Origin: Schmidtea polychroa
Taxonomy: Eukaryota
Assembly: GCA_044892525.1 (NCBI GenBank)
Contig: CM097888.1
Span: 28,520,001 to 28,584,000, forward strand
Direction of reading: 5' to 3'
DNA length: 64,000 bases
The notes beneath the pieces were generated by a model, which ran no database searches, had not been told where the DNA came from, and saw only the letters and a program-made list of their open reading frames with translations. Both the position numbers and the translations under genes were made by a program. Shown here one piece after another: positions 11,839 to 24,559 of the stretch (positions are counted from its first letter, which is position 1; each line of letters starts with the position of its first letter).

Positions 11839-14422
11839 CAGTGATGTCCAACACAGTCGCCACTCGCCACATGTGGCGAGTGGGCTATGTGCTTGTGGCG
11901 AATGTAGCATTTTTTTTAATGTTTTATCTAATACTTCAATAGGATGTTTTAAGTATCTGCACTCTCATTCATATTTATTATTGTTTAAGTTAATTCCTAA
12001 TTTATTATAATTTTGTTACAAGTAGTAAACAGAAGAAAACAAAAAAAAATTTTTATGCCAAAATGTGCTTCTTATCTATTTGTGATTACACTTTATCTAT
12101 TTGTGAAAACGCTTTTTTAAAATTTAAAAACAAATGACATTTTCATCAAAGTAGGCGTTTTTTTGGTTTATTTTCCCGTTGTATGAATCCCATGTATTAG
12201 TCTCATGTTTGTTTTTGTTAAATAAACAACTAACGCGCGACTTTAAATATTACATATTATTCTTTTGAAATTATATTAAAATTATTTCACCGTAAAAAAT
12301 GGATAAATATTTAAAACGACATTCCGATACTGATAGTTCAGCTAGGCAAGAAGAAGCAACTGGTTCAACTCAATTAGAACCCAAAAAAAGAGATTGGAAA
12401 AACGTTTGCCGCAAATTTAATGGTAAATGGCAACTAGAATTTGCTGTAATGGAACAAAACCAAAAAACTGTATGTATATTGTGTAACAAAACTTTTAATG
12501 ACAATAAAGTGGACAGCATAAAAAAGCATTATCAACAAATGCATAGTGAATTTGATTGTAAGTTTCCTGTCGGCAAGCAAGTTAGAACGAATGAAATAAC
12601 TCGCTTAAAGTCAAAATTAGAAGGACAGCAATCTTTTTTTAAACGGTTTTTAACTACATCCGAACTTATTACTTTGGCTAGCTACAAAATGGCTTGGATT
12701 TTAGCTCAAAAAAGAAAACCTTTTTCGGATGGAGAACTAATCAAAGAGATTGTCCTGTCTATTATGGAAATTTTACTTGAAAATTATGAAGAACCTTTGA
12801 AGAAAGATATAATGCAAAAAATAGAAAACATGCAATTGAGTCACCAAACTATTGCTCGTAGAATGCAAGACTTGATGAAAAACATCAATAAGCAATTGCT
12901 CCAACATTTGAAAAGTTGTATATGTTTTTCTTTAGCATTAGACGAGTCATGTGACATCCGAGACACTGCTCAGTTAATTTTTTGGATACGCCTGGTTTCA
13001 AAAGACTTGGAAATATATGAAGAAATGTTGACAATCCGTGGAATGAAAGACCGTACTAGAGGCGTAGATATTTTTGAAATTTTCAAAAGTGTCGCTGAAG
13101 ACTTTCAATTAGATATGACGAAATTAGTTTCTGTCACAACAGATGGTGCTCCAGCGATGCTTGGACAAAAATCTGGATTTGTCGGTATTTTGAAACAACA
13201 AACACACGTATGCTTGGTCGCTTCTTTCCACTGCATGATACATGTGGAAAATATATGTGCTCAATTATCTGGAACAGACATTTTGAAAAATATGATGGAT
13301 TTAGTTGTTAAAGTTGTTAATTATATTCGTAGTAGTGCTACAAACCATCGTCAGTTTCTGGAGCTTTTAAAGGAAATTGAGGGCACTGAATTTAAAGATC
13401 TGCTATTTTTTACAAATGTTCGGTGGTTAAGTCGTGGTAAAGTTTTGGAACGATTTGTATCATTATTAAATCCCATCCGAAATTTCCTTCAAGAAAAAGA
13501 AATGCTTATCAATTTTTCTGAAATAGAAAATAAGGAATGGCAATGCGATTTAATTTTTCTCACTGATATAACGTTACATATTAATGAATTAAATTTAAAA
13601 CTTCAAGGAAAAGGAAAGCTAATATGTGATTTGGCACAGTATATACGAGAATTTGTCTCTAAATTAAAACTTTTTGTGACACAGTTAAAAGATTATGATT
13701 TCACGCATTTCGATAATATGGAAAAATATAAAGAAGATACCAATTTTAATATACAGCGTTATGTCGGATGGTTACAGAAACTACAAGAAAAATTTGAAGA
13801 ACGTTTTATTGATGTTGAGAAATTTAGACCTGCTTTTCAACTGATGCAAGATCCTTTCCATTTTGACATCACCAATTCTGAGTTGTCTAAAGATATCGCG
13901 AATTTGCTAAGTTTGGACCGACGTGATTTTGAAGCAGATATGCTTTTACTTCAAAGTCAGATCAATTATTCTAGAAACGATGAATCTATTTTAATGATGT
14001 GGACACGCCTCTTAAAGTCAAATGAGTTTGTGGTTCTCAACTCAGCTATTGCGAAGCTATTGAGTATGTTTGGAACAACTTGGGTTTGCGAATCTACATT
14101 TTCAGCTGTAACTTTCATAAAATCAAAATACCGATCCAATATTAGTGATGAAAATTTGGAGGCAGAATTAAAATGTGCAGTTAGCGTGAGGTTTACACCA
14201 GATTTCAAGGGTATTGTGCAAGAAAAAAATTGCCAAGCATCACATTAAATAATTTTTGTATTTTGTGTTTAATGTTATTAAAAAAACTTGTGTAATTCCT
14301 AAAATTGATTAAAATAAAAAACTATTATAAAACATTTTATTTTAAATTTATTTTAATGTGGCGAATGAAAATTTCTAAATTGACGATTGTGGCTACAATC
14401 AAATTTTTGTTGGACACCGCTG
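11839..14422 (+). mobile_element. Intact Buster/SPIN-type hAT transposon (2584 bp)
   Basis: 15-bp TIRs CAGTGATGTCCAACA / CAGCGGTGTCCAACA (13/15), perfect 8-bp TSD ctctatac at 11831-11838 and 14423-14430, uninterrupted transposase ORF. Confidence 0.96.
12299..14248 (+). CDS. hAT transposase (GTF2IRD2/ZBED5/Buster-like), 649 aa
   Basis: N-terminal VCILC...HYQQMH zinc finger; FSLALDESCD, VTTDGAPAM, HCMIH (CxxH), RWLS, WVCESTFS. Confidence 0.95.
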   Translation: MDKYLKRHSDTDSSARQEEATGSTQLEPKKRDWKNVCRKFNGKWQLEFAVMEQNQKTVCILCNKTFNDNKVDSIKKHYQQMHSEFDCKFPVGKQVRTNEITRLKSKLEGQQSFFKRFLTTSELITLASYKMAWILAQKRKPFSDGELIKEIVLSIMEILLENYEEPLKKDIMQKIENMQLSHQTIARRMQDLMKNINKQLLQHLKSCICFSLALDESCDIRDTAQLIFWIRLVSKDLEIYEEMLTIRGMKDRTRGVDIFEIFKSVAEDFQLDMTKLVSVTTDGAPAMLGQKSGFVGILKQQTHVCLVASFHCMIHVENICAQLSGTDILKNMMDLVVKVVNYIRSSATNHRQFLELLKEIEGTEFKDLLFFTNVRWLSRGKVLERFVSLLNPIRNFLQEKEMLINFSEIENKEWQCDLIFLTDITLHINELNLKLQGKGKLICDLAQYIREFVSKLKLFVTQLKDYDFTHFDNMEKYKEDTNFNIQRYVGWLQKLQEKFEERFIDVEKFRPAFQLMQDPFHFDITNSELSKDIANLLSLDRRDFEADMLLLQSQINYSRNDESILMMWTRLLKSNEFVVLNSAIAKLLSMFGTTWVCESTFSAVTFIKSKYRSNISDENLEAELKCAVSVRFTPDFKGIVQEKNCQASH

Positions 14423-17349
14423 CTCTATACTGTCTACCTAAGAATTATGTATTTAAATACGAAATTATGTGATTAGTGTTTTCTGTGGAATCGTCTGTTC
14501 GATTTATATTTTCCTAATTTTTGAATTTAATATTGTTGGAGTTCAACAAGAGAGGTACAAAAATGAGGTGAAAAATCAATAAAAACATCAAATTCACAAT
14601 AATAATTTAAAGTACAAAAATATTAATTAAAAATTTGTTGGGTGATGGGGGTAGGCCCATTACCACATTCACCCTCAACAAATACTATAAGACGGGGCCC
14701 CAGAAATATAGGGTCAATATATGTGCCAAAGAAAGGCGATAGATCCGAGATGAGACCATGCAACCCAACTCAATCCAAAAACAATTCAATCAATCCAAGT
14801 CAATTCAAAACAATCTGAAAACATGACAATTGATATATTTTTAATATATTTAATAGTATATATTTAGTGTATATATTTAATGGGTTGAGTATTTTATTTT
14901 TTACTCTTTTAATCGATAAATAAATGATTTCAATATAATTTTTATCTATACAAAGGAAAAATATTTTAAATAAATTGATAATAATATAAAAAACGAATTT
15001 TTAATTAAAGGTAAAATTCCCTTTTCAATAAGCAGAAACGAAATCATTAAAAAAAACAGCTGAAAAAATTTAGTAAAAATAATTCAAGTATTCTTGAATT
15101 AATTGAAAATAATAATAAAATAACATCCGTAGGAAAAATATAATCTATTCTTAAGATCACACTCGAAATAAATAACATTCTTAATATTATAAATTAATAT
15201 AATTTAATTTACAACAACAGCTGGTTTAAAAATTTAGTATAAATACCCCAAATATATTTAGTATAATTGCCAAAAATTAGCGTTATAGCGATTTCGAAGG
15301 TTAACCCGGAGAAATAATTAAAACCCGAGATAGCACAAAATTGTCTCACAGATTTTTTAAAAAAAAGCAGTAATTTTTACATAAGCACACATTACATAAT
15401 ATATTAACAAAATATATATTTGCAGTCATTTTAAAGTAGCTCCAAAGCAATTGAATAAAAGAAATAATTTCTTTGAATTGATAAAACTGTTTTATATGGA
15501 AATTTGCATTGTTTATTTTAGGTAATTTTTATTATTAATAAATATTTATACTGAGACTTGGTTTTAGCCATATAAGAACCAGCAAAGTTGAGTGTTTCAA
15601 ATATTGGGACCTCAACAAAATCAAAAATTTTAGAAATGAATATTTTTCGGGTGAAAGAATGTTTATGTCCGATTTTCACTTACGTCTCCTTCGTCTTATG
15701 TTTTGCCAATTCTCACCATGTAGATTATCAGGTAATCTGCTACTCCCCTGAAGAAATAACCCTGAGGAAATCGGTTGCCCTTGGATAACGTATAAACCCT
15801 ACGCAATGACAAAATTCTTTTCAACCTACCCCTACTCGAATACTGAATCATAATATGGACACAAGACGCACTCACACATAAACTCCAGCCCACTTCCCAG
15901 GTGAGTCTGTGATTGTCTAGAAGATCCGTTCAATACGTTAAAGGGGTTTAAAGGATTATTAATTACCTACGAAACGCTTTATTTTCAATCCACTATATTT
16001 TTGGTGTGTATTTGCGAATGCACATCCACAAATTGTGAGTCAATTCTTTCATTACCTTTACTTTTTTTAAATTTTTCATTGTATTTTAACAGTAATTTTG
16101 AAATGGCTTTCTGGTAATTTACTTAAACGTTAAAAGTTTTTATTCTTATTTTATAAATATACTTAGATCAATGTATTCATCAGTAACATTTTTATAAAAT
16201 GTCATTAACGCATTTGAAATTTCGGAAAGTCTAATGTTGGCCTACAACTGATTTCGAGCCCAAGTGACTGAATTGTGACTGAATCGTGACTGAAATACGT
16301 CGTAACATAACACACAGACATAACTTTAAGTTGAGTCAAAATCCAATACACCCAAACATCAATTAAACAAATAAATAGAGTTCACTCATCACAAAAATAC
16401 ACTGATACGAAACAAAAAACAAGAAGTACTTCATGAAATACACTCAAAAAGCAACACAGAAGTAAGCAAATTTGAATTATTGGCGATAAAGAGAAATATG
16501 AATGGAAATTAGATTATACCAGTATTTCTATAGGGATTAGTGTTGATTTTATTTTTTTGAGAGTCGGGTCGATTTGATAAGTTTGTCGAGACTAACACCC
16601 AGGTATAAAGCGTAATGATCTGTCCTATTCATCATTTTCATTAATATTAAACATCTTAATTCTTCATGATATCAGTTCTAGCCCAACGTGTGTAATTCTT
16701 TATGAGAAAAACACAAACTTGATTAACAATTGTTTTCTCAACTACAATTGAAAATAATATTGACAATTTAACTTCAGATGAGAGAAAATAAACCGAAACT
16801 TTGAAAAAGTTGCAATATATGCTGTACATTGGGGATGGTGAAATAAACAAATGCATTGAATCAATCTTAAGTGATGAAATGGATCGAATCAATGTTTAAA
16901 GTTGTTAATGATAGCTTTATATATTGGGGAAAGAAATGAATATTGTCAGTTGATCTTGAGTGCCAAAGTATCAAACAGAATTTCACAGAAATAGGCAATA
17001 ATAACGAATTAGTCACCCTAAAACCGAAAACTGTTCAGTTAATCAAACAAGATGATTTAAATGATTTAAACAAAACAGAACTAATCTTGATCGAGATGGT
17101 AATGGAATTGTATTTGCACAATGCCGGGAAGAGCAAACGAACACGAATTTATAAAATAACTAACGAAAGAGCTAAAAGGATGACTCTCAATGGTGCTGCA
17201 AAAGAACAACGAGGAAATCGAATTTTATGATTAGACAGTGATAAGAGAACTAATTAAAAACGGTTTAAGTAGAAATGTTGTATTAAAAAGGCCTGCTTAT
17301 ATAATGTAAGAGATTATCACCTACGGTTGTTTCGAAGATAAATTAAAAA

Positions 17350-17611
17350 AAGATACAGTAACAGTAACGGACAAATATATAACTAGTTGGGTTAAAAGTA
17401 ATGGTGAATGGGACAGCTTACAATCGAAATCAATGAATTTTGGGAAAAGCCAGGGTTCAAAGAAAAGAAAAATCACAATTCCGTGGTCGTTGTTATCTAT
17501 TTTTATGCTATTATGAATCATAAACGACACAACTTCTTTGGTGCATATAATTGCCCTCAAATGGAAATAGGAATAGTGTATTTATTGGGTAATGTAACTG
17601 AGTGTCTGGAA
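17350..17611 (+). repeat. 262-bp dispersed repeat, copy 2
   Basis: Matches 7284-7545 with only a few substitutions. Confidence 0.92.
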
Positions 17612-18617
17612 AAGACCAGAAAATTCTATTACAAATTCATTAATAATCAAGAATCAATCCCTTACGAATGAAATAAACTTCAACTGTATGCATGGCTCTG
17701 TTGCCAGACAACGGAATAAAATTCCTTACAAAAGGAGTGAGTACTAAATGCAGATAAGCTGTATACGAAACGAGTGATAAAGGAATTTATGATCTAAGAA
17801 AAAAGTCGAAGAAGCTCAAAATAAATTATATACAAAAGATATAAAATTAACCAACTATTTCAACAATAAAATTGATTATTTATTTCATTTCGGACAAGAT
17901 ACAGTCGAAAATATTTAACGAGAAATTAATTAACGAGAAATCTTCCCATTAGCTCGGGTTTCCCAATAGCCAATTAATTAATTAATATATTACGTTATTT
18001 CATATTTGTCTGTTTTACGACCCTTTCTAAACATTTTCTAACAATTTCTTGCTCACTGTCTTCTTCACCATCCCCTTATCTATCCATCTCCCGTTTTCCA
18101 GCTTCAATTTCGATAACTTTTCACTTTATTCCACTTCTTCAGGTTTGCGCATTTTTCCATTTCATGTCTGATTGTACCCTTTATAGTTCTGTTTTTATCA
18201 TATCTTTCTTTGCCATTGCTTCTCTGTTTGACCGCCATTCAATTTCGGTTTTCCTTTATCTGAACTATATCATTTAATAATTTACTTTTGAAACCTCAAC
18301 AAGAGTAAATGATACATTTAGGATAATTCAGTCAACTTCTACTAAAAAAATATTTCATTTTATGAAAATTAAATCTTAAAATGATAAAAATAATTGTAAA
18401 ATAATATTTTCTCCACGAATAAAATCAACTCTCAAGGTAAAAGTTTATTATAAATTATAGTATTTAATTTTTTATTTTTTTTCTCTACGAATTGTTTAAT
18501 TTTACTTATCTAACTTAATTTATTTAAATATTGAATTTTTATAAATTTAATAAATTCTGAATATTTTTAACAAACACAAAATTTATCAAAATATTTATTT
18601 TAATTTTTAAAATTTAA

Positions 18618-20165
18618 ATGAGTTTATTTGACGATTTACCTGAACCATCTAATTTGTCAAGCAGTAATACTCACCATTTAAGTAATATATTATTATATTT
18701 TATCTAGCATCTTCTGTATTAGTTAAAGCTGTTACAACTAAAAGAAAATCAGAAACAGAAAATTTAACAATTTCAACAAAGAAAAATCATTTCGGTTATA
18801 TTTGTTAATTAAAATTCATGTTTTAAATATAATTTAGATTGCTTCTCATTTAAGTCTTTTGTTTCATCCAGAAAAGGCGAGCGTGATGAAATGCAAGATG
18901 CACATGTACTTATTGATGATTTCACTGAATACATCAAGAAAAATTTTAAATTAGATCTCTCTTATGATGTGTATGATGGATGGTCTCTTTGAGACCTGCC
19001 TTCTTTTCTCAATTATATTATTGAGATAAGAAGAATTTTGGAAATATTTGTTAACATTAATTTTTCAGTATTCACAATGGATTTTATGGAGTTTATGATG
19101 GCCACAATGGTTGCAAAGCGTCGATTTTTGCAGCTGAAAACTTACACAAATATTTAGCACAAATGTTTCCAAAAGGTTTCAAAATAAATTAAATAATTAA
19201 TTTTAATAAATATTAGGAGATTGTGAATCTTTTGAATTGAATGTCAAACGGATCTTTACAGATGTTTATAAAAAAATCGACGAGGAATTTTTAAAAATTG
19301 CTTCGAAGCAGTATGAATTTAATTTTATAATACATAAATAAATATTTTAAACATACAATTATTTTTTAACCAATTAACATTTTCATTTAACAGTTGCAAT
19401 TTAATTGGTTGATTTTTGTCCACTGTTGTGTGTTTAAATTAATCGATTTTTTTTCTTATCATAATTGATATATTGAGAATAGAAGGCCGTTTCTTAGAGA
19501 TGGATCGACAGCAGTAAATATATTGATTATTAATACCACGTTGTATATCGCCAACATTGGAGACTCGAAAGTAGTCTCTAATAATCGTGTTAAGATAATT
19601 AATAATTTTAAAGGCTGTTTTAGCAAGACAAAACAAAGAAAACAATTTGTCTGCGATTTCGTTAACTAAAGACCACATGGCAATTGATTATGAAGAAAGA
19701 CTCCGGCTGCAGAAACATGGCTCAATTGTAAGAGATGGTCGATTAAATGGAACTTTAGAGATCACGAGATCGTTTGGAGATTACCAGTACAAGAAACAAG
19801 GCGTGATCTGCATTCCCGATGTTAAGAAATGTCACCTCATTGATACGGATAAGTAATTATTAAATGAGATTTTTAACGAGCTTTTCTATTATCCGATTCG
19901 ATGTTAGATTTTTGATAATTGCATGCGACGGACTGTGGAAAGCATTTACTCCTCAGCAGGCCGTTGAGTTTGTGGGGAAAATTATCACCATTGAAGTTCG
20001 ATGAAATTTGTGCAGTGTATTTTATATAGATTTTTGTTTTTAATTCAGTCAACGGATTCATTGGCTAAGCGATTTGAATTGGCGTGCAGCAAACTGTGCA
20101 ACGAGGCCGTCCTGAAAATGAGTGGCGATAATGTTACAGTAGTCATTGTTGCTTTTAATATATGA
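18618..20165 (+). CDS. ILKAP: Integrin-linked kinase-associated PP2C phosphatase, multi-exon
   Basis: MSLFDDLPEP N-terminus, RKGERDEMQDAH, FYGVYDGHNG, DGSTA..LYIANIGDSK, LTKDH, RLNGTLEITRSFGDYQYK, IIACDGLWKAFTP, SGDNVTV. Several GT-AG introns of 41-44 nt join these in frame. Confidence 0.9.
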
Positions 20166-20736
20166 ATATATTTCTATTGTTTATTTGCCTCTGTATGTGG
20201 GTGGGTGTCGAAGGGTTCAAGGTTGTTGGCAGTCTTATCGAGGTGCCAAATCTCCCTGATTACCCATCTATTTTGAAAAAAGGAATGCAAATATATTAAT
20301 CTTTAGTGTAACTATATATAAGAGACCTATTAATGATATATATATATATATATATACTTTCCAAATTTTTATTGATTTGTAAAATGAGAAATCCGTACGC
20401 ATTTATTACAACTTATTAAGATTATATATTTCTTTTTAAGTTTACCAGCGAAATATTTTAACATTATTTCATATGTTCAACTTAATTAAAGCGGCCAGAT
20501 ATTTTCATTTTAATGAATTCTCATATAATGAAGATTCAGGTCGCTGTTGATAAGGTTTTTGTGTTTATTCTCGATTTGTCACTACTCCATAAATCATTAA
20601 TAATCGAAAATGCTCTTTCAACTGTTGCACTTTATTTTAATGACAATTTTTTTTTAAATGACAAATTCATAAAGTTTAAGAATAATGACTATCATTTTTT
20701 TATAGAAAATACCGAGAGAAATTAATTAATTCCCAA

Positions 20737-20941
20737 ATACAAATTTTCGTGTAAACTCTCACGGGTAAAACTATAATCCTTGAAGTCGAAACCAGTGATA
20801 TAATTAAAAACATCAAAGCAAAGATTCAAGATAAGGAAGGAGTACCTCAGTATCTACAAAGACTCATTTTTGCTGGCAAAAAATTAAAAAAAAGATCGAA
20901 TTCTGTCTAGTTATAACATCAAAAATGACTTGAGAGGAGGA
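20737..20941 (+). pseudogene. Ubiquitin pseudogene
   Basis: [48 protein letters not shown]...LRGG, with an early stop, lost ATG and a deletion before LRGG. Confidence 0.88.
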
Positions 20942-21059
20942 AATGATGAAGAATGAATAAGATATCTTTCAATAAAAATAGGTTAACTAGACATAGGAAC
21001 CGGGTGAAACTAAGTCTAGTTGATAAGAAAAGATTTAAAGTCTATCAAGAATACTCTGA

Positions 21060-21385
21060 AATGTATGAAGTGGTAATGTAGAAACTCACCGAATTATTGG
21101 AGGAAAAATTAAAAGAAGAACTACTGAACTAAAAAACATAAAGAATGATGTTAAAGAGATTATAGAGAAAGATTAAGACTAAAACAACCATAAAGATGCA
21201 AGCATTAATAAGAAAGTAGAAATTGAGATAGATAAAATAAAATCGGAGGCAAACATACATACCTTGGAAAAGCTCAAAAGGTTAGCAATTCCAGTCTTCA
21301 ATGGGCAAATAAAGGATTACCCGGCCTGGAAAGCAATTTTTAGAGTCAGAATAGATAAAGCGGTTGGGTGTAAGGAAGAAAATTT
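21060..21385 (+). pseudogene. BEL/Pao retrotransposon gag (DUF1759-like) fragment
   Basis: LEKLKRLAIPVFNGQIKDYPAWKAIF, preceded by a degenerate coiled-coil stretch. Confidence 0.6.
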
Positions 21386-23243
21386 AGATGGACTTCAACC
21401 TTGCAAATACTAATTTTAGCTATTTTTTTAGCATTCAAAAATAATTAAAATATAATATATCCAAATAATAACGAATTAAATTGACTGGAAGAATTTGGAA
21501 AAACTTTATATTCAAAATTCAAAAAATCTTAAACTATCATAAATTCTAAATTACATGAATATTTAAACAATTTTTTTTAAAGTTAATTATTTTTAACAAT
21601 TTTTTTAGTCGTCGAGCATAGCATTCGAGTGGGTTTGCGGACTGCCGATATAAGACTTATGTCTGATTTTAATCATGTCCCTTATACTCTATTATTTCTA
21701 AACCGTGAATTTAAAGCAAATGAAATTGAAAATTGAAAATATTGATTACGAAAAATATTTTCATTCACAAAACAACTGGATTTTGAAATACACTGGCCTA
21801 ATTGTTTGGGGGCGAGATTCATCTCCTCTATGGTTTTGAGAGTACAGTTTCACAGTCAACAATTTGATCATCCTTGTATGTTCGTATTTCCCGCCCTATT
21901 GTGCCTATTTGTCTGACCGATATTAGAGATTAACAGGAACGTTGGGGCAGTCTTAGGCTCGATAATCTGTAGCAGAGATGATGGATTATTTATTATTTGC
22001 CCCGTCAGATATCGGTCAAAAAGGGATTGATTATTCTGAGCCACCTACTGTTTGACTTGAATCAAGGCCTGTATCTTCAACCGGTACTGCGATGCTTGCG
22101 ATTGCAACCTTTTGATTAGTTGCAGACGTTTTTTCACCGAATGAAGGCTAAAGTATGTTTCCTCTATCTTCCGAATATGTTTCCTGTGTGTCTCTGTCTT
22201 GGTACGAACACTTCTACCCGGCGTATTGCGGCTTCACATTTGACCCACACATTTTCCACCAAGTTGATCTCTAAAATTAAAGAAAACGGGTTTTAGTATT
22301 AGATAATTCATTTTATTAGACATGTGGAAAAAACTATGCCATTCAATTCAATTAAGTGACCTTCGTGCGAGTCGCGAGGTGTTAATAGTTAGTGTATGCA
22401 GGCTGGTGCTTATGTTCAAGGCATAGTTGAAACTGTTGATAGGGAAACTACAAATAATTCTGTAATGAATCGGCCTCATTTCCATAAACCGAGGACCTAA
22501 TCTCATCATATAGTCAACCGAACTGCAACAACATACTAATCCTTAAACCACACAACCACTCCATCACAAACAACTTACGAAATTTTACCATACAATAAAA
22601 AAAAATCATTATGTGTAGGTAACTCCTTACTAATTAATATATTTTTAATAAGTGACAAAAAGAAATGAAAAGTCAACTCATAAAGTTAGTTGCCGAGTTC
22701 AGGACCGGCTCCTGTTTGAGGACGATCATTTGACACTACTGTTTGCTCTCCTGCATCACTAAACTCTCGATTCAAGTTTGGTCTACCGAAAATTTCAGCA
22801 TTAAATTGTGATTGAAATGTGTCAGTGCTGGCCTTAAATTGCTTATACGGTTGCTAACCGTAGGTCAGCAAATTTTTGGCCACGAATTTTGTTCCAGATT
22901 TATTTATAACCATGTATTAACAATGTATTAACCAGCTGTGCTGGCAAAACTTTAAAAAAATCATACCACGATATAAAGCATTCGTATACTAAAAAAATTT
23001 ATGCTAAAAAATAATAAATTAATTTCGTCCGCAAACCGTTAATGATTTTATTATGTAATTGATATTTCTTTAAATTATTAGGTTATTTAATTTTAGTTTT
23101 TGCTAATTTAATTTCTAAATCTCTTTTTAATTAAATAATAAATAATGAACTTACTTAATTCATATTTGCATATAAAATCATAACTTACACACAAGGATAA
23201 TAAAAAGGTTATTTTAAATTAAATAAAATTACAATATAAAATG

Positions 23244-23603
23244 CAGTGGCGGAACTTCAAAATTTGGGCCCCAGCGCAATGTAAAATAATTCCACAATAA
23301 TTTTTTTTTTAACAAAAACAAGTTAGATATTTATTTCATATATCATAAAAATAATACAAAAATGAAACTAAAACTTAATGGACCTTCAATATTAAAATCT
23401 TTCCTCCTTGCCTTATATTGGCAAAAAAAATTTTCGGTTAAAGTTTAATACATTCACAGCAGCCTCTATTCAATGATAGTTTTATGTTTATAGGCAAATA
23501 TAACTGCGGGAAAAATGTTTCAGAAAATGATTGTAAATAATTTTTTAGTAATAATTTTGGGCCCCCGCAACGCAGGATCATGCGTCCATTAGTTACGCCA
23601 CTG
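23244..23603. mobile_element. hAT-type MITE (360 bp)
   Basis: TIRs cagtggcggaac / gttacgccactg, 8-bp TSD ataaaatg / ataaagtg, subterminal gggccc motifs. Confidence 0.85.
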
Positions 23604-24559
23604 ATAAAGTGTCTTAAATTATTAATAGAATATGTCAATGCACAACATACTACAAAAATACTATAGAACGAAATTGAATGTACTTTTATTTATTGGCTGT
23701 TATAGGAAATTTTCAACAGTACAACTTTATTAGACAAATTTATATCAAAAGTTGAATCCAATACTTGAATATAATTTCTAATCAAATTTTTAATGGTACT
23801 GACTTATTTTTTTCTTAATTCAAAGCATATTTAACTAATCAATATCTGGAATCCTTAATTCTTTTAGAATTCAAAATTCATTTTCTTTTTCAATTTTGCT
23901 TTATTTAATATTACCGGTAAGTCTTCAACGGATTTATATATTTATTTACAAGATTCAAATATTGATAAGCGTATTATTAAACTTAATGTGATTAATGACA
24001 TAATTTTATCTGGTGTTGATCCACTTAATTCCCTTCAGTGCGTTTCATTTACCAATTAATATACACATTATTTTTAAAAATCTGTAAGAAAATATCTATT
24101 TTTAGCCCCCATCTGTAAGCACGTCGAACACCGAAAAATAAAATGAAGCGAGTAAATAAATGTCTTATTCGATCACCAAAAAAATAGACAGCACGTTTAT
24201 TGGTTGAAAATAAAATTTTTGAAATGGATGATTAATAATGTAAATTATTACAATAACACTAATTAAAATTATTTTAATGAACAAAAATTTCATATTCAGT
24301 TATAATGTAATGAAAATGTTAAGTATTTTATAAATATATTCTTTTCACTTTCTAAAAATCCTTTTATTAAAAATATTTAATAATAACTTTCTCTTACCCT
24401 ATTAAAATGTTAGGTATAACAAGGGAACGATGACACCTACTAAAAGATTAAAATTTGAAAAAAATATTAAAAAATTCATAAATTGTATTAAAACATAAAA
24501 ATCTAGATTATAAATCTGATTATTGCCCATATAAGAGAGTTACATGTTCAATTAAATAG

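Noticed and set aside
15588-15910. GC-elevated stretch with short ORFs on both strands
   Set aside because: No recognisable motif in any frame; probably a decayed repeat.
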